DNA of 57,984 bases, counting the filler, from Ionaspis alba (Eukaryota), in the NCBI GenBank assembly GCA_964255285.1. It is 6 parts of 6 records of this genome, joined end to end, with 100 filler letters (N's around TTAATTAATTAA, not from the genome) between each part and the next. Parts side by side here need not be neighbours in the genome. Positions count along the whole stretch, not along the records: positions 29,107 to 38,691 come from CAXUUL010000664.1; positions 38,792 to 48,338 come from CAXUUL010000665.1; 4 more parts are not named here. One strand, written 5' to 3'. The first letter of the stretch is position 1. Every line of letters starts with the position of its first letter. The notes beneath the pieces were generated by a model. That model saw only the letters and a list, made by a program, of their open reading frames with translations. It had not been told where the DNA came from and searched no databases. This document shows, piece by piece, positions 36,038-48,438 of this stretch. A program made the translations under genes and the position numbers.

Positions 36038-37861
36038 CTATTTTTGCCTCTCACAGACTTCAATGACTTTACGCACCGCCTCCAGCTCTTCATCCAATCT
36101 CTTTCTCTCCTCCTCAAGTCTCGCCAATTTCGCACGCAGTCCTGCGCAGAGGCTGTCCGTTCCTCCTTCGTCGGTCACCAAGCCATCTCCCACTTCTTCC
36201 GCGAGTAAACTCTTGTCTAGATCTTCCGAAGCGCTGGAGTCCTCCGTGAGACTTGGCGTGAGTTGACGAATGTTGTGATTGGCCCGGGCGGAAGCGTGCC
36301 TTCTTCTGAAATGCTCAAGCATATTCCACTGTCTTCCAAATCCTCTCTTGTGGCGTGGGCAACTTGGCTCTGGGCAACGGAATCTCTTCGTCGGATTGCC
36401 ATGGAGATCTAGTTTGTGCACCTCCCGTCGGTGTCGAAGAAGTCCAGCTCTGTCACCAAAAGGAGGTGTCTGGCAATTCGATTCGGTGCAAATGAAGGGC
36501 CGCGTATGTTTGGCCATGTGACGTCTAGATCAATGAATAAAGGCTCTGACTCTATATAAAGTTCAATAAGAACACACCGTAGCTCTGATTCTCTTTGATA
36601 GACTTTGTCGTCATTACAGCCATCCACAAGACAACGTAAATTTTGCCGGCTGGTACGTCGTCTCGGTATATACTGGTCGAAGCTCGTGGATGCTCCATCA
36701 TTCTTGTCGAGCGTTGAATCGAGAGTCGTCGATAGTGGAGTAGACCTATCGCGTGAGCATGATTAGCTTTGCAATCCTGGCATGAATTGAAACTGGCTTC
36801 AAGAGTCGGCCTCCAGATCCGGGGGAAGAAAATGGATCGTCCAGGCAGTCTCCGTACTCTAAAGCCTGCCTCTTGCCGATTAGACATTGAGGGCAGCTCT
36901 CGGAGCAGCTCACCATTCTTGAGATCTCGTACTTCTCAAAGGTCTGGTTCGGTCAGCCCCGGCATGTATAGAAGGTCTTTGAGAGTTCAAAGCCCTGTAA
37001 TATGGAAGAGGAGAGATAGAACCCGGCACGAAAGAATCTAGGCCTGGGACAGAATCATGGAAAATGCTCGATTGACGGTCCAAGATCGGATATGGTGATT
37101 GAGCGCCGCTGGCAAACCCCGACTCGGAGGCTTGATGACTGTAGTTATCGTTGAACGGTCCAAAGGGCTCAGGAGCGGTCAATTCAACATGGTTTGGCCA
37201 GTTCATGGAACCAAACTCGAGGTCATTGAATTGTGTTATCGCTACCTCGTCAGCAAAAGTTTGCAGGGACCCATGAGCAGGACTTACAAGAACGTGCTGA
37301 GCTGTCAGCAAACTGGTGACTTGCCCTGTTCGTTGCATACTTGTTAGTGACTGATTCTGATGATGCTCGATTGGCCGGACCACGTATTCCAGATGAACCT
37401 GTGATTCGACATCGCATCCCGGGCCTTCGTGTATAATGGAGCGGTAAACCAATAAACCAAAATCGGACGCGCCTACCAATTGGCCTAAGTACCCAGAATC
37501 CAGTCTCCAACAGGCTCGTATCCCACTCAGTCGGTCGACGGGTACGATGGTGTCGAAGTGACTGCAGATCACATCGATAGTATCCAAAGACGTACGCATC
37601 ACCTTCTGTCCGGCATGTACAACCTCGATCGTGTCTAGGGACCTTGCCTCGTAGAAGGTGGACCATGGACTCGCTCAGGGATTTTGATTTTGAGGTGCTG
37701 GAATCGATCGATAACGTATCTCCAATGATGTCAAGTTCGACTAAAGCACCTGTTATCTTTTCTCATTCATCAAGCAAAGGGACATAGCCGCAACAAGCTT
37801 TAGTGCACTGGCCGAGAGCTCACCTTGAGCATTGTGCTTCCCAACCAAGGCTGGTAGCCAT
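36038..37861 (-). CDS. C2H2 zinc-finger protein (three fingers, C-terminal coiled coil), multi-exon
   Basis: CLVDGC...LR|RHMAKH, CTESNC...HRREVH and CPEPSC...HFRRRH; LRAKLARLEEERKRLDEEL coiled coil. 5' exon structure and start (37861) tentative. Confidence 0.75.
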
Positions 37862-38791
37862 TGACGCGGAGCACGAACGAGAACAATAGGGAGGGTACGT
37901 ACTCATCCAATTCTATGTTCCTATCCGACAGTCCAGGTACCTCGTTGCTGAGCTAGATATTAGTCTACCAGGGTACGAGTGACTTGGACGATACGCACGG
38001 ATGCTGAGGCGCTGGCTCGATATCACAATTGGCGGAGGTAGCCATATATGTCACTTGTAGAATGGCACATACACAGAGACAGCAGGATGATGCCAGTACA
38101 GGAAGATGTGTGAGGAAAGGTGATAAACAAATGTAGCACAGAGGGCAGGAAAGGAAATTGATATAGATAAAGAACTGGGCCGTTTAGGCATGAAATATTG
38201 GGCTGTAAGGCTCGCAGCCTTGCCAGCCAAAGTGCGCCGGAGGAGCCATACCTTGTCCTGTAAGCCAATGGCATTGAGTACAAGAACGATAATGGCTGCA
38301 GACAGGGTCGCAAGGCAGCAGGTCATTCAAGTCGGGCAAGACAGGGCAAACAAGGCAATATGAGCCGGCCACTATGTTGGAGGATCGAGCCTTGCGAGCC
38401 TCAGGGCTTGACAAGGACTCAACTCGAGCTCCCGAAAGTATAACAGAGCAACAGTGTGGTAGCTGAGGAGAATAGATTATTTTGGAGCTCAAAGCCCGTA
38501 GCATCAACAAAGTCAATGCTCGTCCCTTGTCAACTGGGGGACAGCATTAACCAGCACGAGAAGGATCACTCAGCATCCCAATTTGTCATGACGTCATTTG
38601 GAGCATCAGTAGGGCAAATATCATATCGTAGAAGATCCTCGGGACCATGAGAGCGACAATCTTCAAAGATGACTTGATAATAGTCAAGACANNNNNNNNN
38701 NNNNNNNNNNNNNNNNNNNNNNNNNNNNNNNNNNNTTAATTAATTAANNNNNNNNNNNNNNNNNNNNNNNNNNNNNNNNNNNNNNNNNNNN

Positions 38792-41020
38792 CTCTCCCTC
38801 CCCCTCCTCACAACCCTAAGCGGTACCTTCCCCTTGCGCAACTGAATCGTAATCATACTCTGCATCCCATACATCAACAAGTCCCTCGCTTTCGCACTCG
38901 CCTTCTTCCAAACCACTCGCCTCTCCTCCCTCCCCATCTTCTCCACCTCCTCATCACTCGCCCACTCATCGACCGCCAGCTCGACACTATACTGGCTGAA
39001 AATAACCGCCAGCACGGCCAGCGCCTCGACTTGCGCGAAGCGTCGACCTAGGCAGGAGCGGAAACCTTCGCTGAAGGGGATGTAGGAGCCTTTGTAGGGT
39101 TTATAAAGCGTGGCTGCGGTGTCGGGCGCGGTGTTCATGTGTAAATCGTCGGTGTCGGTTTCTTTGGACGCTTTGGTACCAGTGGGTAGGTGCCCGTTCG
39201 TGTGGCCATTGGCGTGGCCATTCTGTTTGTCGTTTAGGAGCCAGCGCTCTGGCTTGAATTCTTCGAGGTCGTTGTCTAGATTCGAGGTGGGGTGGACTGG
39301 GTTTTTGGGATCAGAAGGTGGGCCCGTAGGCCAGTACTTGGGATTCCGGTGGACGGATGCAGTCGTCAAGTTGATCATAACGTTGGCGGGTACAAGGCAC
39401 TTTCGTCCATTGACGGTCAGTGGCTGGGGAGTGTGGGTGAACTTTGGGATGTTGACGACCGGCGGGAGGACGCGGAGCTCTTCAGCCAAGACGGCTCCGG
39501 TATAGCCATTGAATAGCTTGGGCAGGTCACGCTCGTAGTCCCATTCGCTGATCGGCTTGCCATGAAAGACGTCGTCGAGGTCTTGCTGCAGGCGTCGCTG
39601 CGCGGCAATATGCGTTGCTAGATAGATGATTGCGTGATAAGTGGCTCCGGCGACCGTTTCGTGGCCTGCCAGAATGAACACGAAGGCATTTCCGAGGATC
39701 TCGTCGTCCGTGAGCTGTTGTTTAGGCGCTGCCTGGTCTTTTTCAGTCGGACGTGAGGAATGACCCGCACCAGCGCCTCGAACAAGGGCTCCCATGAGAT
39801 CCATGCCTCCATCCTGCTCGGTGCCAGAACTCAACTCGGTCTTCTTGGCTTCAAGCATTTCCCGCATGTACTTTCCCCATTCTAAGAAAGATTCTTGTGC
39901 AGCCCGGGCAGATTTAATGGGCAGACGTGCTGAAATGTTGTTAGTCATGGCGCGACTATCTGATGAATATCACTTACACAAGATGAACTGAGGGAAAATT
40001 ATCACCCAGGCTACAGTGTGGAGAAGAGTTTGCAAGGAATTCACAAAGGTCATAGTATGCCCTTTCGGTGGAACGTCGTCACCGGCGACGGTTAGTTCCT
40101 TTTCGTCCCGCTTAGGCTGTTTCTCCCCAGGCCAGCCTAGTTTTACGCCGAACCCTGCAGTGTGGAGTAAGACCTCCATGAACAATACTCGAAAAGATCA
40201 TGAGAATTTACCTGCAGCACCTATGACGTTGAGACTGAGACGCATCATATCATCCTGAATACTCGTAACGGTCCTAACCTCTTCTCCACTCTCTCCCACC
40301 CAGCTTCTCACCATTGACTGGGCACAAGCGAGCGACTCAGCCTATTGATGAGTTTAACCTTCGCTCTTTGTCGAACTTCGACAAAAGCAGGACTCACCCA
40401 AACCAAATGGTTGTTCTTCTCCGTGAACGGAGGACTTGTAATCCTCCTATGTTGTCGCCACAGAGCTCCCTCGCTCGAGACGACATTCTTCCCATAGATG
40501 TTGACGCTTCTGTAAAAATGGGACGGCTTCGGAAAGTCGTTTCGTCGTGTGCCCACCATCTCCGTAATGACATCTGCGTCTGCCGTGAACATCAATATCC
40601 CCCCAGGAGAGACCGTCATAAATGTGTCCGTTCCCATGTCCACGAAGACACTGTATGATTGTTCCCAGGAATGTTCGGGCCTAGACTCGTCAAATCTTGT
40701 TATTCAAAGGATTGCCCTGGCACGGAGCATCTCACTTCAAGACACCAAGCCATGGATATGTCCACCTCTTTGGCAACTTTTCTAGATATGGGACTATGAA
40801 CGAGTTTCCTACCATCCACACGAGCGAGAAGAAGTAGATTGGGACGACCACATAGTGTATGCCAGATGCTTTGGCAGCTGCCTGATGAAACCTATCAGTG
40901 CTTGGTTGCCATGTTCGGAGGCAACTCGCCACATACGATATTCTTGTGCAAGGCCCAGGCTGTCGAAAATGCATAGGCAAGGACGAGAAGAGCAACGGCT
41001 AATGCTATGAATTTCAACAT
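38792..41020 (-). CDS. Cytochrome P450 monooxygenase, multi-exon, stop codon lost at scaffold end
   Basis: Membrane anchor MLKFIALAVALLVLAYAF; I-helix FILAGHET, EELR (ExxR), FKPERW and heme motif PFSEGFRSCLG. Confidence 0.93.
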
Positions 41021-41887
41021 CGTGGCGACTCAAGCGTACGCTCTTCGAAGCTGGCGGAAGAGACAGGTATTGTGAGCTTCTTGCACAGGTCAAAGTCAGC
41101 TTCCTCTCCGTATGAACATAGCGAGCCCAGTAGGAGAGGGGCAAGAGGCAAGAGAAGCGTACAATGGCAGTCCTCAGCAGCGCAGGCGCATGCAACCGTC
41201 TCTCAAAGATTCGTAGTCAAGAAGGTAGAGTATAGCAGTTGATTGTCTACCGTTCGAGTCTTTCACGGAAGTACATAAAAGTGACGAACTGCCAATTCAA
41301 AGTCGAACGAAAAAACGAGTGAAAATATGGGCGTAATGTCCAAACATGGCGATCCGCATGCTTACCCGTAACCTAGATCTCCGCCGCCATCTCTCCCTGC
41401 GCTGCCTCGGCTTGCGCCTGAGCCGAATGACCCCCGTCATGACTTGGGCGATCCTTGGGAACCAGTGTCACATTGTTCAGTATCGGTTATGCTCGCATGG
41501 ATATATCCATACATTCCTGTTTAAGGATGGAGATGATGAGATTGTAGAGACTACAGAGGTTTCTTGAGGGATGCGGCAGATCGATCTTACGTGCATGTCA
41601 GACTGACCGTCGTAAGGCTCGCCCTGTCAGCGGACCCATGTAACGTTTTCGCTTCTATGAAGATTACTATGTGGCTGGCGAGTGATGAATATTGCTGAAT
41701 GAGCCACGAACACGTCAATGGTCTTGCAGGAACCGTCTGTGAGGGTGTCTAAGTGAGCTTCTCACACCATACAAAAAGATATGGATATTGCATGAACACG
41801 CGCTGCGGATGAGGACAATATTTACAAAGCGCAAATAGGGAAACCAAGCCAGCTATAGACAATGCAGGATATCAATGCACAAACGCT

Positions 41888-43571
41888 CTACAATCCACTG
41901 AAGAGCAGGCCAGCCACCAGGACCAATCCTCCCCATCCCCAAAGCCTCAGACTTCCCCACACATTCAACCTGCCAGCACCACTGCCACTTCCATTGCCAA
42001 TACCGAACGGCAGACCCTGATACCCGAACGTCAAGTTCTGTTTGATGGAAGCATTATAGCAATTCCCTCCCACGATATCCAAATTCTTCAAATCATCCTA
42101 GATGCCCGTTTATCAGCCACAATCCACAACAAACCAACCAAACCAACCAAAGGAACAAACTCACCGGAACATTGAAGAACATATAACTCTTCTGATTCAA
42201 ATCCTTGAACCCCTTCGTATCATACGGAAACTTATCCCCACTATCCGTCGAGCTGGTATTCCGCAAAAAGATACACTGCACCTGATTCGGGAATTCCGTG
42301 ACCATAGCAGGATAATCGCGCATCACGTCGCTGTTACTCGTATCAGCGACAAGGATGAACTTCCTCTCCGGAAAGGTCTGGAAGATCTTCTCGAGCAGGA
42401 ATTTGCGGATCGAGAGCGTGGCGGTGACGTCGGAGAAGTTGAGAGGTCGCGTGTCGAAGGATCCTCCGGGGTATGTCTTGTAGATGAAGTCCATGTAGTT
42501 GCGGGTTACCTGCTCGGGGGTTGTGGTCAGGTAGTGGAAGTGGAAGTCTGGGATCGATTTCGACCAATTGGCGTAGATCTCGGGCATGTTCATCCAAGGG
42601 GTGAAAGGGCGGGCGAAGGAATTCAGCAACCCTTCTTTCGGCTGGTAGATCTTGGTTATGCGCAGGATATCGTCGATGTCCGAGATGATGGTAAAGCCTT
42701 TGTTGGGAACGAGGAAGGAGGTGGCATTGCCGATCTCGACGCCTTGTGCGTAGACATTCAAACGTTGCAATTGCGTGGCTGTGTCGCCTGGTGTGAGGCC
42801 GTCGTTTTTGATCTGCACGAAACCGTCGATGTCGCCTTCGCTCGTGGAGGGGACAGGAAATTTGACGACTTGGTTGCCGCCGCTGGGTGTCACTGCTCCT
42901 CCTCCGCCCGACTCACCACTTGCGCCTTGAGTGGGTGCAGGGGCCAACGAGAAGGTTACGTTTTGGTTGCTTTGTTGGAGGACGTAGATTTCAGCCGTGA
43001 GATTTCGAGCTTGTGATGCTTGTGAGGGTGGCAGATCTTGGACTTTGGTGCCGATGAGGAAGCCATTTGCCAGGTCGTCTAGCTTGCTTTGTGGGATGTT
43101 GGGTTGTTTGTAGACATTGGCTCGGAATCGCATGTTCCATCCATCTTTGGTGTAGTTGGCGTAGCTCCTGCAAGAAAGGGTCAATGTGATATCCGGAGTG
43201 AGGGTGCTCGGGCAGACTTACGGTACGTTCAGTACCTGTGTTGGCAGCGCTGCTATCTGCGAATCATCCAATCCTAAGCTGCTCTTTACGTGATCTCCTG
43301 TTGGGAAATCCTGGAAGAAATTCGGAATGCCTGAAGCAACATAAGAAGGAATGTCACTGCCAAGCTCGCCGAGGATAGAGTGCACGTCTCCAGCGAGATC
43401 AGAGAGAATGTCTCGACGGTTTTTATATGTGCGAGTTGCATCTCGGATGACGGGAGAAGGAGTGACGAGCGGCAGTTCTGGAATTGCAGCAGCAGCCTTG
43501 GCCTGGATTTGAGTAGGTGAGGCAAACACTGATGGCAACAGTGCTGCTCCTAAGATAAGAGCTTGTAGCAT
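41888..43571 (-). CDS. Secreted, probably GPI-anchored App1-like (phosphatidate phosphatase domain) protein, 3 exons
   Basis: Signal peptide MLQALILGAALLPSVFA; IISDIDDILRITK, FHYLTTTP, FPERKFILVADT and IFLRN; hydrophobic tail WGWGGLVLVAGLLFSGL. Confidence 0.8.
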
Positions 43572-44215
43572 GTTGAGGAAGTTGGTGGGGTTTCTTGGAG
43601 AAGTGAAAGAAAATAGAAAGAGAGCCCGAATGCCAGCGGCCGCAGGAGAGCCAACGACCACTCAATAAATACACGCAACGATGAATATCGGGCGGTAGTT
43701 TACTGGCTCAAGTCGTGTAGAGAAGATGTGAGTAGAAGCACTGCATTCACCAAGGACTATTGAAGCAAACGAAGGACGATGTTAATCATGCGTGGGAGAA
43801 GGAAGTGATTCCGACCCTGTTTCGTGTAAACACCGAAATGCCGCTAATAACGTGTGCCCATGCAGAAGCGATGAATCGCATTCGATNNNNNNNNNNNNNN
43901 NNNNNNNNNNNNNNNNNNNNNNNNNNNNNNNNNNNNNNNNNNNNNNNNNNNNNNNNNNNNNNNNNNNNNNNNNNNNNNNNNNNNNNCCGAGAAGTCTAGC
44001 TACATATGCTGAGCAGATTAAAAAAGCTCACGTCTAGGAGCATATAGAAGCAATCTAGAAAATGCCCGCTTCGCAGCGTGGCCAGAGAGAATCAGATATA
44101 GCAAGCCAATATCCCCAACGCAACACTGCAAGCAGCTTGCTACAAGTTACTCGTATCCACCATACGGGTCTTGGTTATATCCAGCTCCCCAGTTGTACCA
44201 ATGCTATTGAGTCTA

Positions 44216-46173
44216 TCAGTATTGAAGAGAACCAGTGACGACCGTGTCCACACATACCTTGGTCTTGTGGGGCTTGTGGTGATGGTAGTAGTACTCTGAT
44301 GGCACGCTTTTTGTGACGGTGGTAAATGTCATCGGCGCTGATGAGCTGTACGTTGTCAATGAATCCGTGCTCAACGGAACCGATGAAGAGGTCAGGCTGA
44401 GAGGTCCATTGGTGCTGGATACTGTATAGTTGGATGAGGACGATGTCAAACTCAAAGGCCCACCAGTACTGCTTTCCGAGGTGGCTGTACTGGGCGTCGT
44501 GAATGAGCTCAGCACAACCGTCGAATATGTGTAATAGAAAGACGAGGTCGGTGTCAAAGTTGTGGTCGCTGGTAGAGGAGCCTCCGAAAATGTTACAGTC
44601 TCGGATAGTGTGCTGCTTGGTTTGGTTGTATTACTGTAGAGCACCGAACTACTTGAGCTGAAAGACAAAGGGCCGCCGGTAGAGAGTGGACCTCCAGTGG
44701 TCAATGGTCCTCCTGTGGATGATGCTGTTGGAGGTATTGGTGGAGTATATGTTGCGATACAACTACAAGCGCTGTAGAGGCGGTAAGGGTTGCACTCCAC
44801 CGGGACGTACTTGGGAGTCGGAACGACGATGCCCTGGGTGTAGATACTGCAGAAGATCTTTGCAGCGCCTAAGCGACCAGGTGTTTGAGTAGCTCGCAAT
44901 GCACGAAGACAATTATCTAGTATTTGTTAGCATTTAGCGTCGATATGGTTAAGCACTACATACCAGCGTAGCAATAGGTCGAGGTCGGGGTAGTGGTAAC
45001 TGGTAGTGGACCACCAGACGAGGTGATTGGGCCATGAGTAGGATGAGTGAAAGAGTAGGTAGAGTTTCCTGAGCTGATAGAAATTGGGCCTCCACTACCA
45101 GTTGCGCCGGTGCTCAAAGAGACAATGGTGGATGTCAACGTGGAGATGGTTTCCGTAATACTAACGATTGTGGTGACGGTAGTTTCGCTAGAAGAGGAGA
45201 CGCCAGTGCCAGCTGCGCTGCTCGAGGAGTAGACGAGGCTTCCAGAGGTCGTAAGCGAGCCTGGGCCAGCAGTAGTAGAATTTGCATATGGAGCGGATGA
45301 TTGGGACAGGCTCTGAGGTCCACCAGTGCCTGAAACTCCTGTCGTAAGGATTGACGAAGACACGCCAGTCCCGCCACCAGAGCCCGATATCGGGTATGGA
45401 TAGCTGTAATAGCTTCCAGTGCTGGCTACCGTCGGAGAGGTAGTCGCGGGGGTTGGACCGGCAGTAGAAGAATTCGCGTACGGAGCTGAAGAGCTGGAGA
45501 AGCTAAGTGGACCGCCACTGCTAGGCCCTCCTGTGGCAAAAGACGACGAAGATGAGGACGCAGGAGTGGCGCCGTTACTGCTTGAGATAGAAATTGAGGT
45601 ATAAACACTGCTGGCTGACGTGTAGTACGAGGGCTGGGAAGTGGTGCTCAAGAAAGTTGGACCAGCTGTAGAGTTTGGGTATAGTGGTGTCGAAGACTGA
45701 GTGTTACTCAGAGAGCCACCACTGCCACTTGAGCCTCCTGTAGCTGCCGAGGATATCGAAGAACTCGCAGCTGTGGGGCCGGCGGTACCACTTGTGGGCT
45801 TCGAGCGGTATGAAGGGCTGTGGTATGGATAGGTTGGACGATGGTAGTGTGAAGTTGAGGTCTCACATTCGCTATCGGTATCGTCTCTTTGATGGACTAA
45901 AAATGGATTAGCCGAAGTTGGGTTTCATGAAGCGATCTCTTGAGCCTCTCGCAGGGGATCAGAGTCTAGACTTAACAAGATACTAGGAGTGAAAGATAAT
46001 TGCGTTGTCAATGAACATGTAGATAGGAAGTGTCAATATTTCATGAAAGAGGTGTAAGCATGCCCTGTCAGACAAACACGTAGAGCAAGAAAGCGCGACA
46101 TACGTTCTGCCTGCACTCCGGTAACGAATGTAAGGGCTCCAGCAAGCTGGAGCAACAAGATTGAAACCTGCAT
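44216..46173 (-). CDS. Secreted Ser/Thr-rich mucin-like protein with GGPL(S/T) repeats and a small Cys-rich module, 3 exons
   Basis: Signal peptide MQVSILLLQLAGALTFVTGVQAE; CYA|DNCLRALR...FCSIYT...CNPYRLYSACSC; introns ~45897-46102 and ~44917-44963. Confidence 0.75.
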
Positions 46174-48083
46174 ATCGAAGAGCTTGCTATCCTGTCCGGT
46201 TAGTGCCAAAAAGAAAGACACCGCACAATGAAAGAACGGAGAGCGGAGAGCGTGCAGAAGTGGAAAAGAAAGACAGTCCGTTAGGGCAGGACCTTAGTTA
46301 TATGGATCGTCATTCGCCATCTCCACAGCGCTGGACGCTGCTCCTCTGAAACTCCTTATCTTGCAGAAGGGCTGTACAAACATTAACGCAGAGCTGCATA
46401 TGAGAAGGACCAATGCTGGTTGTCATGGTTTCTATCCGTCCACAGGGCCCTCACCGATATTGCCTTGTGGAGCTCTCTCGTTCTCTCAATGGAGATCCTA
46501 GTCTCTCAACTTACGCAAGCCCTTGAATGTTGCAGTCGTGGCTCGGTAAGCCATCGCTAAGGCTTGGATGCCTGCATCAGGGCTTCCTCTTTCGACGGGT
46601 GTAGTGATCGGACGAAGACGCTGCGACACTTTGATTCCAGCTAGACAGGTCAACCACCACGGACCCGAGCAAATTTTGAGTTGTGCAAAGACTCTTTTGT
46701 ACACCCGAAGTTCAGGGACAGGCCTAACACAGAGCAGGCAAGAATATACCGACAACGGTAGATGCATTCTAGCGAAACTATGATATGCGGGCCCGAGAGA
46801 AGATGATCTGCGAGGGCCGCTGTCTACTCGAGAGACATTTTCCCAGCTCCCAGGGCTCAACGACAGTGCAACTGCATTGAGGACCTGCAGGATCGACCGA
46901 GCTGCACGCAGTGACCAAGTCAAGGCATTCCCAATATGTATCGCATAAAATGATCAGCCTCCAAGATTTAAAGGAAGGTTCACGACGAAATAGCGGAACA
47001 CTCGGGAATTAAAATACGAGGAGGACCGCTTCATTGGCAGGAAAACGCGAGATAGGAAAGTAGTACAGCAGATAAGGCAATTGACTTATCTGGCCCCATG
47101 TCAGTGCGGGAAAAGATGAGGTGGGTGGAAAGTGTCGCAGTGAGGGAGGGGGGACATCGTCGATGATTTGGAAAACTGTTCATTGCGATGGAAACAGAGA
47201 TGTGGAGATTTCATCTCAGAAAAGAGATGTATCACAAGCAATGTTGGCTGCCTTCGCACCAAACGGTGAGACTCCACCGCGGCTGCTTCATGCATCCACG
47301 CGCGGTCAAGGTTGACCCAAACATCTGCCAAAGGAGGATCCAAGTCCCACAAACAACAAATGATCGAGTATCGCCGTCTGAGCCTCTTCGACTATCCGGG
47401 TTGTCCTTGACAGCCGAATAGATCTCATCGGAGTGGTACAGGCACCCTTCTGCAAGGTCCAGTCTGGTGTCCCCGGGAGGGGAAGGGTAGAGTCAGAGCC
47501 GGTCGAGCCGCCTGCGATGTGGGCGATCGGGTACCTCATCTAAAGTACTTGGTTCCTAAGCGACAAGTTGCGGATGGCTACCATTTGAGTCTTGTGCTGC
47601 TCGATCTGAGAGCAGAGATCCGAGCCCGGGTCTATGTCCTTGCTCCTTGCAAGGCCTGTCAATGGGAATGGACTCGAGACCTTCGTCTTCGTCGTTGCCG
47701 TCGTCGTTGTCGTTTTCCTCTACTGATTGACAACGACAACGATGTTGCGCTTTGATGGCGGCTTTTCAAGTCCGAGGACGGGCCTCAGCCTGATCGACGA
47801 CTCAAACAGCCGTTTGACTCGCAACGATCCGATCGTCAGCAAACGGATCTGAAACCGAAAACCCGTGGTTCTTCTAAGCCATAAATAGCTTTAGCATAAC
47901 GGCCCCGGCCTCAAGCGAACTGAAGCTTGAGTCAAGCCAAGTCAACAAACGTCATGAGCTCTGACCATTATCTCATGACGTTTGCTCGCCCCTCAATATA
48001 TTCTCGAACACTGCAATTGTCCATTCTACAACGGTGCTTTCAAACTCCCCCAGACTACTCCATATCACACTCAAATCGACATC

Positions 48084-48338
48084 ATGCAGAACACCGCCGA
48101 GGACATTAGCAATGCGGCATCAGGCCATAAGGCAAATCTGTCTAACCCCAGTATGCCTCCCTCATCCCTCCCACCTACCAGGTTCTCCTTCCCTCTCCCC
48201 TAGACTTCTTCATATCACATTGCAGCCTTCCCGGCCCGGCACTGACACTCGTCCTCCCTTAGACACATCCGAGGCATCCAAAGCCAACTCGCAGAAAGTC
48301 CTCGATTCCATGCCCGATCAGCCCCATTATGGAAAGGA
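48084..48338 (+). CDS. Conidiation protein Con-6-like hydrophilin, 3'-truncated
   Basis: MQNTAEDISNAASGHKANLSNP | NTSEASKANSQKVLD resembles the Con-6 repeat; GTATGC...ACTGAC...TAG intron ~48151-48262. Confidence 0.75.
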
Positions 48339-48438
48339 NNNNNNNNNNNNNNNNNNNNNNNNNNNNNNNNNNNNNNNNNNNNTTAATTAATTAANNNNNN
48401 NNNNNNNNNNNNNNNNNNNNNNNNNNNNNNNNNNNNNN

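Noticed and set aside
38792..41020. P450 as part of a secondary-metabolite cluster
   Set aside because: No PKS/NRPS/terpene synthase on this scaffold, and the adjacent C2H2 gene lies across an artificial join.
42102..43016. 304-aa plus-strand ORF
   Set aside because: Antisense shadow of the App1-like exon, explained by codon bias; no motif of its own.
46498..47760. Several 60-140-aa ORFs and a short GTCGTTGTC/GACAACGAC inverted repeat
   Set aside because: Non-coding-like composition in an intergenic region; the repeat arises from low-complexity (GTC/GTT)n sequence.
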